A DNA stretch of 64,000 nt from an uncultured Ectothiorhodospiraceae bacterium (GTDB lineage Bacteria > Pseudomonadota > Gammaproteobacteria > UBA9214): positions 2,020 to 66,019 of the forward strand of contig CAMYIO010000012.1 in assembly GCA_947258515.1 (NCBI GenBank), in the 5' to 3' direction. Below the pieces are notes generated by a model. That model made no database searches, had not been told where the DNA came from, and saw nothing but the letters and a program-made list of their open reading frames with translations. The position numbers were made by a program, and so were the translations under genes. Below, in pieces: positions 21,546 to 29,712 of this stretch. Every line of letters begins with the position of its first letter. Within the stretch, counting starts at the first letter, position 1.

Positions 21546-22927
21546 TGGACCTTTTCACGCGACTGACGGAATGGAGCGGCGAGCTGTCCGGCCTGCTGTG
21601 GGGAAGCCCGCTGACCCTGATCGCCTTGCTGGGTACCGGTCTCTATCTGACGATACGCATGGGCCTGATACAGGTGCGCGGTTTCGGTCATGCCGTTGGC
21701 CTCATCTCGGGAAAATACAGCTGTCGCAGCGACAGCGGTGAAGTTTCGCACTTCCAGGCCCTGTCAACGGCACTGTCAGCCACCATCGGTACCGGTAATA
21801 TCGCCGGTGTCGCAACAGCCATCACCCTCGGCGGGCCGGGGGCACTGTTCTGGATGTGGGTGACGGCCTTCTTCGGCATGGCGACCAAGTTCACGGAATG
21901 TACCCTGGCACTGAAGTTTCGTGAAATATCACCCGATGGCGAGGTTGCCGGCGGTCCCATGTACACGCTGCTGCACGGCCTGAAAATGAAACGCACGGCC
22001 GCTCTGTTTGCCATCTTCGCACTGGTGGCCTCTTTTGGTATTGGCAACATGGTACAGGCCAACTCCGTCATGGATGGACTCGGTTATATATTTCCTGAAC
22101 TGGGAGAATACAAATGGCTGGGAGGTGTCTTGCTGGCAACCCTGGTCGGCATGGTCATCCTCGGTGGCGTCAAGCGTATTGCACGTGTCGCAAGCGCGAT
22201 CGTGCCCTTCATGGCCATCATCTATGTTTCTGCTGCACTCATAGTCCTGTTCAATCATGCCAGTGAAATACCCTCGGCCTTTGCACTGATCTTTGACATG
22301 GCACTGAACCCGTGGTCCGTGGGTGGCGCAGCGGTCGGCGAGGCTATTCGCTGGGGCGTTGCACGTGGCCTGTTTTCCAATGAAGCGGGGCTCGGTTCAT
22401 CGCCCATGGCACATGCGGCAGCGCGCACCAGTGAACCGGTACGCGAGGGACTGGTTGCCATGATGGAACCCTTCATCGATACACTGGTGATCTGCACCCT
22501 GACCGGTCTCGTTATCGTGGTCACGGGTGCCTGGCAGGAAAGCAGCGACTCGCTAATGGGCGCCGCATTAACCGCACATGCCTTCAGCAGTACCATCGGC
22601 GATGCCGGCGCCATGGTTGTCGGCATCGGTCTGTCGCTGTTCGCCTATTCAACCATCATCGCCTGGTCATACTACGGAGACCGCTCGGCCTACTACCTGT
22701 TTGGCGAAAAGGCCGTACTGCCCTACCGGGTCGTCTACACCCTGCTGGTTGTCGTCGGTGCCGCCGTCCCGTTGAAACTGGTGTGGAATATTGCCGATGT
22801 CACCAATATCCTGATGGCCCTGCCCAACCTGCTGGGACTGATATTGCTTGCCGGGCTGGTTAGCCGCATGAAGAACGACTATTTTTCACGGCCCCATGTA
22901 AAATCCGGGGAACCCTCCGCAGGATGA
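21545..22927 (+). CDS. Sodium:alanine/glycine symporter (AGCS family)
   Basis: IGTGNIAGVA, GGPGALFWMW, GGPMY, RGLFSNEAGLGS. Confidence 0.95.
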   Translation: MDLFTRLTEWSGELSGLLWGSPLTLIALLGTGLYLTIRMGLIQVRGFGHAVGLISGKYSCRSDSGEVSHFQALSTALSATIGTGNIAGVATAITLGGPGALFWMWVTAFFGMATKFTECTLALKFREISPDGEVAGGPMYTLLHGLKMKRTAALFAIFALVASFGIGNMVQANSVMDGLGYIFPELGEYKWLGGVLLATLVGMVILGGVKRIARVASAIVPFMAIIYVSAALIVLFNHASEIPSAFALIFDMALNPWSVGGAAVGEAIRWGVARGLFSNEAGLGSSPMAHAAARTSEPVREGLVAMMEPFIDTLVICTLTGLVIVVTGAWQESSDSLMGAALTAHAFSSTIGDAGAMVVGIGLSLFAYSTIIAWSYYGDRSAYYLFGEKAVLPYRVVYTLLVVVGAAVPLKLVWNIADVTNILMALPNLLGLILLAGLVSRMKNDYFSRPHVKSGEPSAG

Positions 22928-22999
22928 ACACACGCTACATTCCCGTTCCAGACCTGCGTAAAATACACCTGAACACACACCAACAAGACAGGAACAACC

Positions 23000-23350
23000 A
23001 TGACAGAGATCACCACAGACACCGGCCTGCGCTATACCGACATCCAGACAGGCAGCGGTGAAACCGCTACCGGCAAGGGTCAGACCGCCATTGTGCACTA
23101 CACCGGCTGGCTGGAGGACGACACCAAGTTTGATTCCAGCCATGACCGTAATGAACCTTTCAGTTTCCCGATTGACTGTGGCTATGTCATTCGCGGCTGG
23201 GATGAAGGCGTCAAGGGTATGCAGGTCGGCGGAATCCGGCGCCTCGTGGTCCCGGCCGAGCTGGGCTACGGTGCACAAGGTGCCGGTGGCGTCATCCCGC
23301 CGAATGCAACCCTGGTGTTTGAAATCGAGCTGCTGGAAATCTCGACCTGA
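23000..23350 (+). CDS. FKBP-type peptidyl-prolyl isomerase
   Basis: VHYTGWL, FDSS, VIRGWDEG, IPPNATLVFEIEL. Confidence 0.95.
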   Translation: MTEITTDTGLRYTDIQTGSGETATGKGQTAIVHYTGWLEDDTKFDSSHDRNEPFSFPIDCGYVIRGWDEGVKGMQVGGIRRLVVPAELGYGAQGAGGVIPPNATLVFEIELLEIST

Positions 23351-24187
23351 ATGTTGCTCGACGTGCTTGATGAGGAACTGCTGCACACGGTGCGCATTGC
23401 ACTGGCTGAAGATATCGGCAGCGGTGACATCACCGCGGCACTGATCCCGGAACAGCAGACCGCGCAGGCCACTGTCATCAGCCGTGAAACCGCCATCGTC
23501 TGCGGCATGGCCTGGTTCAATACCGTCTTCGAAGAACTGGACAGCCGTATCAGGATCGACTGGCTGGTGCAGGATGGTGACCAGGTTCACAGCGATCAGC
23601 CGCTCTGTAAACTCTCGGGTCCCGCCAGGGCACTCCTCAGTGGTGAACGTACGGCACTGAATTTTTTGCAGACCTTGTCTGCGACGGCAACACTCTCGCG
23701 GCGTTATGCCGAAGCCGTGGCCGATCTGCCCGTCATGATCCTGGATACACGAAAAACAATCCCCGGCTTGCGCAATGCCCAGAAATACGCGGTGCGCATC
23801 GGCGGCTGCGACAATCACCGTAGCGGCCTGTATGACGGCATCCTCATCAAGGAGAACCACATTGCGGCCGCGGGATCGATCAAGCGCGCGGTCACGCAGG
23901 CACGTGCCGGGAATCCGGGCATGCCGCTAGAGGTAGAGGTCGAAAATTCATCACAGCTACTGCTGGCACTGGATGCCGGTGCGGATCGACTGCTGCTTGA
24001 TAACCACTCTGTCGCCGAACTGGGCACCGCCGTAAGAACGGTGGCCGGTCGTGCCGGGCTCGAGGCCTCGGGTGGTGTCACCCTCGATAATATCCGCGAA
24101 ATCGCCCTGACAGGTGTTGACTACATCTCCACGGGGAGTCTCACGAAAGACATTAAGGCAATTGATTTATCGATGATATTCAATTAA
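23351..24187 (+). CDS. nadC: Nicotinate-nucleotide diphosphorylase (quinolinate phosphoribosyltransferase)
   Basis: GERTALN, DTRKT.PG, LIKENH, EASGG. Confidence 0.96.
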   Translation: MLLDVLDEELLHTVRIALAEDIGSGDITAALIPEQQTAQATVISRETAIVCGMAWFNTVFEELDSRIRIDWLVQDGDQVHSDQPLCKLSGPARALLSGERTALNFLQTLSATATLSRRYAEAVADLPVMILDTRKTIPGLRNAQKYAVRIGGCDNHRSGLYDGILIKENHIAAAGSIKRAVTQARAGNPGMPLEVEVENSSQLLLALDAGADRLLLDNHSVAELGTAVRTVAGRAGLEASGGVTLDNIREIALTGVDYISTGSLTKDIKAIDLSMIFN

Positions 24188-24332
24188 TTACCTGTACCCT
24201 GCCGGCAGCCGCCCCGACAACAGCGACGGCAAACCGCGGCACTGTCCGTTGAATTTAGAAAACAGCAGCCGCAGTCGATACAGTCTCTGCGAGATTTCTA
24301 ACAGGTTGCCCGGTCACTGGCAGGAAAACGGT

Positions 24333-24899
24333 ATGACACACTATAAAAACACCCGGGGATTCACGCTTCCCGAAATCATGATTACACTGGGAGTGATTGC
24401 GATCGTACTGTCGACCGCCGTCCCGGGCATCGGCTCAATGTTCAAGGACAACGCGCTCGCCAACCAGCTGAATACTGTCGTTACAGCTGTCCATTACGCG
24501 CGTGCAGAGGCCGTTAAACGCGATGTACGTGTCATCCTCTGCAGGAGCGCATCGCCCAATGCAACCTCACCTTCATGTGGCGGCAGTACCCAGATATGGG
24601 AAAGCGGTTATATCGTTTTCGCGGACGACGGCAACAACAGTAATAATGTATACGACGCAGGCACTGATACCCTGTTATTACGCGGGCAAGCTGCAACATC
24701 AGGAGTAAAGATGCGCACCAACTCGACCTGGAACATAAATCTGGAATTCAACCCGGACGGATCAACCAACGAAACCGGATCTACCGCCATCATGGTGCTG
24801 TGTGACGACCGCGGCAACACCCATGGCCGCATGATACAGGTCGCCGCCAACGGCGTAGCCAGAATGTACGCGGACAACATAGCAGACTGTTACCCCTGA
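24333..24899 (+). CDS. FimT/GspH-family minor pilin
   Basis: Prepilin site RG|FTLPE; ARAEAVKR..V.LC; C-terminal Cys pair. Confidence 0.88.
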   Translation: MTHYKNTRGFTLPEIMITLGVIAIVLSTAVPGIGSMFKDNALANQLNTVVTAVHYARAEAVKRDVRVILCRSASPNATSPSCGGSTQIWESGYIVFADDGNNSNNVYDAGTDTLLLRGQAATSGVKMRTNSTWNINLEFNPDGSTNETGSTAIMVLCDDRGNTHGRMIQVAANGVARMYADNIADCYP

Positions 24900-24911
24900 A
24901 CATTCGCTTGC

Positions 24912-24945
24912 AAAAAAAGCCCGCAATGATTTGCGGGCTTTTTTT
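24912..24945. terminator. Bidirectional intrinsic terminator
   Basis: A-tract, GCCCGCAA-loop-TTGCGGGC, T-tract, between convergent fimT and tRNA-Thr. Confidence 0.85.
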
Positions 24946-24949
24946 ATTC

Positions 24950-25025
24950 TGGTGCCGGAGAGAGGAATTGAACCCCCGACCTTCTCATTACGAGTGAGCT
25001 GCTCTACCGACTGAGCTACTCCGGC
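24950..25025 (-). tRNA. tRNA-Thr(CGT)
   Basis: 76-nt cloverleaf GCCGGAGTAGCTCAG..CT-CGT-AA..GGTTCAATT..CCGGCACCA. Confidence 0.96.
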
Positions 25026-25073
25026 GATGCGGAGAGGGACTATAAAGCAGGCGAAGAAATAATTCCACGAAAC

Positions 25074-25490
25074 TCAGTTTGTAGCTGTCTCAGCACGCAC
25101 TCGTATAATGACATCCACACCGGCGGCTACCGTGCCTTCCGGAAGTTCCGGCAGGTCTGAGATCCGCAGATCGGAAGTATCGATATCGAGCAATTCACCC
25201 GTGTCGATATTATAGAAATGATGATGATCACTGGTGTTTGGATCGTAGAACACCCGTGTCGGGTCGACGATCACTTCACGCACCAGGCCATTTCGTGCAA
25301 ACAGGCCCAGGGTATTATAAACAGTCGCCTTTGATACCCGGTCACGGCCGTCGTTCACGGAATTCATGACCTGGTCAGCGGAGTAATGTTGACGACGGGA
25401 AAACAGCACGCGCGCAATCATCAGCCGTTGCTGTGTCGGCAATATCCCGTGAGCACGCAACATACCGGCCACATCCGGATTTTGCGTCAT
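25074..25490 (-). CDS. Fur-family regulator, Irr-like
   Basis: PTQQR, VSKATVYNTL, YDPN..HHHF; no CxxC motifs. Confidence 0.88.
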   Translation of the reverse strand: MTQNPDVAGMLRAHGILPTQQRLMIARVLFSRRQHYSADQVMNSVNDGRDRVSKATVYNTLGLFARNGLVREVIVDPTRVFYDPNTSDHHHFYNIDTGELLDIDTSDLRISDLPELPEGTVAAGVDVIIRVRAETATN

Positions 25491-25647
25491 TTGATTCTCT
25501 TTCAGACTTTCCATAGAGGCTTTCCCGCAAGGCCGTACTGCGCCCATAGATTTTGTCCACAGGTGGAATTATAGGCATGCGAGCGGGTCACCGTCCATGC
25601 CTATCAGGCCTGTTGACGGCTTCGCACAGCCCTCTGAAAGGATTAAT

Positions 25648-26727
25648 TTACAGGGCGTACGGCTCAAAGCCGGTAAAACTTTCCCGCTGCAGCATGCAAT
25701 CAACCAGTAATTGCGCCGATCCCGGCGCCATGACCACACCGTTGCGGAAATGTCCGCTATTCACATATAACCCGGAGATTTGTGGGTGCTCTCCGATATA
25801 AGGGACACCTGCAGCCGTACCCGGGCGGAGACCTGCCCAGTGCCTGATGACAGGGTAACCAGCAAGCGCGGGCACCAGATCCAGCGCCTTTTCAATCAGA
25901 GTCTTGCGTGCAGTTTCTGTGGTTGCCTTGTCATACCCCGCGTATTCGAGGGTGCTGCCAGCCAGCACCAGCCCGTTCTGGCGCGGAATCAGGTAATGAT
26001 CGCCGCACATGGTGATATGGCGCAGCAAGCCCGGTATTGTCTCGAACATAATCATCTGGCCCCGTACCGGCTCTATAGCAAGTTCCAGTCCGGCATGCTG
26101 CATCAACAGGGGACTCCAGGCGCCGCTGGCGATGACCACGCGCGCAGCGGTAAAGTCACCACGATTTGTTTGCACCCCCAGAATCCTGCCCGACTGCAGC
26201 ATAAGGCCAGTGACCCCGGTTTGCTCGTGCACATCAATACCCTGCATCCGGATCGAGCGGGTCAGCGCCGTGCAGAACAACGGGTTGCGGATCTGCGCGA
26301 CAGCCGGCAGCAACACGCTGTCACCCTCTGCCTCTACCAGCTGCGGCTCGTGCCGACGAACCTGCGCTGGATCCAGGGACTGGATGACGCAGTTGAACTT
26401 TTCAGCCCATTGACTGATGTCTGCATCCGGGCGTGTATTCAGAAACAACAGGCCGGACTGCACCCATTCGGGATCGATGCCGGTTTGCATCAGCAGCTCT
26501 TCCACCAGTAGCGGATAGTAACGCTGGCTCCATACCACCAGTTCGGATACGGAATCCGGGTACTGCCAGGGGATCAGGGGTGAAAGTATGCCGCCACCGG
26601 CCCAGGATGCCTCCCTTCCTGCCTCACCCCGTTCCAGAAGGGTGACCGACAACCCTTCATTGCGAAGGGCGCGCGCAGTCAGCATACCGAGCAAGCCGCC
26701 GCCCACCACAATACAATCAACGCTCAT
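25648..26727 (-). CDS. thiO: Glycine oxidase ThiO-like FAD oxidoreductase
   Basis: GGGLLG, ASWAGGGILSPL, PVRGQM, WAGLRP, GHFRNG. Confidence 0.85.
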   Translation of the reverse strand: MSVDCIVVGGGLLGMLTARALRNEGLSVTLLERGEAGREASWAGGGILSPLIPWQYPDSVSELVVWSQRYYPLLVEELLMQTGIDPEWVQSGLLFLNTRPDADISQWAEKFNCVIQSLDPAQVRRHEPQLVEAEGDSVLLPAVAQIRNPLFCTALTRSIRMQGIDVHEQTGVTGLMLQSGRILGVQTNRGDFTAARVVIASGAWSPLLMQHAGLELAIEPVRGQMIMFETIPGLLRHITMCGDHYLIPRQNGLVLAGSTLEYAGYDKATTETARKTLIEKALDLVPALAGYPVIRHWAGLRPGTAAGVPYIGEHPQISGLYVNSGHFRNGVVMAPGSAQLLVDCMLQRESFTGFEPYAL

Positions 26728-26972
26728 ATTATTTCCTGCCCTGCACCAGCCGACCTGCCGGCACTGCTATTTATGAAATCACTATCAAGAAATCACCCGC
26801 TCAGCCGATGATAATTGACTGGGCCTGTAGTCTTTAGATTCCACCACCTTATACTTGCACATCACGAAAACAACCCGACAGACATGATCGCGAACGAATC
26901 AATCCACTCGTCGGGTAATTTAAACCGCTTATCTTATAGCGGATGACATCGATGAGCGAGGTTTGTACAACT

Positions 26973-27515
26973 ATGTATATGCAAAGTAAAAAAGGATTCA
27001 CGCTGGTTGAACTGCTGATCACGATAGTGGTTGTCAGTATATTACTGGCCACGGCAGTACCCAGCGTTATGCAAATGGTCAAGAACAACCGCGTGACCAC
27101 ACAGGCAAACAAGCTGGTTACAGCCATACAACTGGCCCGTAATGAAGCGGTCAAGCGTGGCGCCCGTTCTACCATCTGTGCCGCGAACACCACCCTGGAT
27201 GATTGTGCCGGCAGTACCAACTGGGCCAATGGCTGGATTGTTTTTTCCAACCTGGATGGCGATATGACGGCCGACACCGGCACAGATGCCTGCCTGGTGA
27301 CTGAAGACTGCCTGATGAGGGCATCGGACGGTGCAGGCAAAAGCACCCTGACCGGTGACGACACTGCCATACACTTCCTGCCGACCGGCTATACAGACAA
27401 CGGTCCCGTCACCTTCACCCTCAAGGCCGATAACTGTGAATACGAGCAGGAACGCTCCATCATCGTCACCCTGCAAGGTCATACAACCATTGCCCAGCAG
27501 GCATGCACACCCTGA
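26973..27515 (+). CDS. fimU: FimU/FimT-family minor pilin
   Basis: KG|FTLVELL, ARNEAVKR, W..GWIVF; first gene of the pilVWXY1E operon. Confidence 0.82.
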   Translation: MYMQSKKGFTLVELLITIVVVSILLATAVPSVMQMVKNNRVTTQANKLVTAIQLARNEAVKRGARSTICAANTTLDDCAGSTNWANGWIVFSNLDGDMTADTGTDACLVTEDCLMRASDGAGKSTLTGDDTAIHFLPTGYTDNGPVTFTLKADNCEYEQERSIIVTLQGHTTIAQQACTP

Positions 27516-27532
27516 TCAGGAATTTATCCATC

Positions 27533-28045
27533 ATGTCCCGAACATCAAACCCGTTAGCTAAAAAACAGTGCGGCTTCACATTGCTGGAGGTGCTGATCGC
27601 GCTGCTGATTCTGTCGATCGGACTGCTGGGTCTGGCTTCACTGCAGACCAATGGACTGCGCTCGAACCAGATGGCCAGCATGCGCACCAATGCCACGCAA
27701 CTCGCCTATGACATCGCTGATCGCATGCGCGCCAACCCTGGCGGCGTTGATGCCCAGGATTATGTTATTGCCACCGACGACGCTGACCCGACCATACCCG
27801 GGGGCGAGAATTGTGAAAGCACTACCTGCACATCCGCGCAAATGGCCACCTACGATCTTGCCCAGTGGCGTGGCGCAATCAGGGCCCTGCCCGGTGGCAC
27901 CAGCTCGATTGCAAGGACTGTTACCGGTGCCGTTGTTACGCACACCGTCACCATCTTCTGGGATGAGTATCGTCGGGGGATCTCGGGCACCGACTGCGGT
28001 CCTGACCCCAGCGTCGATCTCCGTTGCATATCACTGACACTGTAA
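27533..28045 (+). CDS. pilV: Type IV pilus minor pilin PilV
   Basis: G|FTLLEVLIA..GLLGLASLQ, DRMRAN, DLAQW..LPGG. Confidence 0.93.
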   Translation: MSRTSNPLAKKQCGFTLLEVLIALLILSIGLLGLASLQTNGLRSNQMASMRTNATQLAYDIADRMRANPGGVDAQDYVIATDDADPTIPGGENCESTTCTSAQMATYDLAQWRGAIRALPGGTSSIARTVTGAVVTHTVTIFWDEYRRGISGTDCGPDPSVDLRCISLTL

Positions 28046-28056
28046 ACGAGGCACAC

Positions 28057-29091
28057 ATGAACCCTACTCGCAACACGACCGTCAAAACGCCTCGACACAA
28101 CCAGGGCTTCAGCATCGTCGAAATGATGGTGGCCATGGTGATCTCCCTGATCCTGCTGGCCGGTATTGCACAAATCTTTATGAGTTCCAGGCAAAGTTTT
28201 ACCCTTCAGAACACGCTGGGCCGGCAACAGGAAAACGGCCGCTATGCATCTGATGTCCTTGCCCAGGACCTGCGCAGAACCGGTTACTGGGGCGGTAATG
28301 CGGATGTCACCGGCGTGACCGGCACGGAACCGCCCGTCGCACCGGCCGCCACCTGCAATAGCGGCGACAATACCTGGGCACGCATGATTGACCGGCGGAT
28401 TTTCGGACTCAACCATACTGAAACCGCCGCACTGGGCGCCTACGCGTGTATCAATGACGGCAACGGACATTCCTCGCGTGACGTACTGGTAATGCGTTTT
28501 GCCTCGCCGTGGCTGGTGTTCCCGACACCCGTCACCAATCAGCGCCCGATTGAAAACAACAGCCGCCTCTATATCCGTTCCTCGCTGACCATCTCGGATC
28601 AGGCCGGACGCATCTTCAAGGGTTCGGCTAAAGCCGATTCCGGCAATGACATGAATGACGGGGCCGCGGCACCGCCATCGGAACGCACTTCCGAGCTGAT
28701 TGCCCGGGCCTACTACATCGGTCCGTCAGGACAGACATGCAACGGCATTGCCGTACCTTCGCTATACCGCGAGGAACTGGACACGGATGGCCGCCCGGTC
28801 GCCGAGGAAGTTGCCTACGGCGTTGATAACCTGCAGGTTCGCTATGGCCTGGATACCAACGGCGACGATTCGGTTGATGCCTATCTCGATGCAGGCAGCA
28901 GCGGACTCAATGAAGACAGCGAGTGGCTACAGGTGATTGCCGTGCGTTACTGGCTGCTGACGCGAGCCGAATGTCCTGAAACCGGATACACCAACAGCAA
29001 TACCTACAGCATGGGTGATCATGACTACACACCCGCCGACAATTTCCGTCGCCAGCTTTATACATCAACCGTACAACTCCGCAATATCTAG
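28057..29091 (+). CDS. pilW: Type IV pilus minor pilin PilW
   Basis: G|FSIVEMMVA, QENGRYA, DLRRTGY, GVDNLQVRYGLD, LRN C-terminus. Confidence 0.92.
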   Translation: MNPTRNTTVKTPRHNQGFSIVEMMVAMVISLILLAGIAQIFMSSRQSFTLQNTLGRQQENGRYASDVLAQDLRRTGYWGGNADVTGVTGTEPPVAPAATCNSGDNTWARMIDRRIFGLNHTETAALGAYACINDGNGHSSRDVLVMRFASPWLVFPTPVTNQRPIENNSRLYIRSSLTISDQAGRIFKGSAKADSGNDMNDGAAAPPSERTSELIARAYYIGPSGQTCNGIAVPSLYREELDTDGRPVAEEVAYGVDNLQVRYGLDTNGDDSVDAYLDAGSSGLNEDSEWLQVIAVRYWLLTRAECPETGYTNSNTYSMGDHDYTPADNFRRQLYTSTVQLRNI

Positions 29092-29119
29092 CCGCGTTGC
29101 AGCGATGAGGACTGACACC

Positions 29120-29677
29120 ATGAACACTTCGACACCGGCAACCGGTCACAAGCAGCGCGGCGCAGCGCTTTTTATGGCCCTGATTTTTCTTCTTATCATG
29201 ACCATCCTGGGTGTCTTTGGCATGAACCTGTCACGCATGGAAAACCTGATGGCAGGTAACAACCAGTTCCAGACACTGGCGCTCAATCAGGCCGAACTGA
29301 TGCTGGAGGCCGGCCTGCGGGATGTCGAGAACAATATCGGCCCACCCTATATAAACCCGGACACCGGTGGTGACCACATCTACCTGAACACGGCCGCATC
29401 GACCCAGACCATCGATCCAACCGCGATCAACTGGACATTCAACACCGTCAGCACGACCCCACCCGGCGGGGATGCCAGGTATGCCTATGATTACGCCATC
29501 GAATACATTGGCGCACTGGACGGTACCGAGAACGCCCTGTGTTCCGCACAAACCGGCACCGGGGGCACCCTCGATGACTGCATTCGTGAAATCTATCTGG
29601 TAAGCAGCCAAAGCGTTACCAGCCGTGGCGCAAAACGCATTATTCAATCGGTTTTCGTATCAGGGGATCAAATGTAG
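29120..29677 (+). CDS. pilX: Type IV pilus minor pilin PilX
   Basis: QRG|AALFMALIFLLIMT (lacks E5, as in PilX), MAGN, IQS. Confidence 0.9.
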   Translation: MNTSTPATGHKQRGAALFMALIFLLIMTILGVFGMNLSRMENLMAGNNQFQTLALNQAELMLEAGLRDVENNIGPPYINPDTGGDHIYLNTAASTQTIDPTAINWTFNTVSTTPPGGDARYAYDYAIEYIGALDGTENALCSAQTGTGGTLDDCIREIYLVSSQSVTSRGAKRIIQSVFVSGDQM

Positions 29678-29712
29678 CAGGCGACACATCCGCACCTGTC
29701 TGGAGAATTATT

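Noticed and set aside
24950-25025. Island inserted at tRNA-Thr
   Set aside because: The tRNA 3' end runs directly into a terminator; no att repeat or integrase
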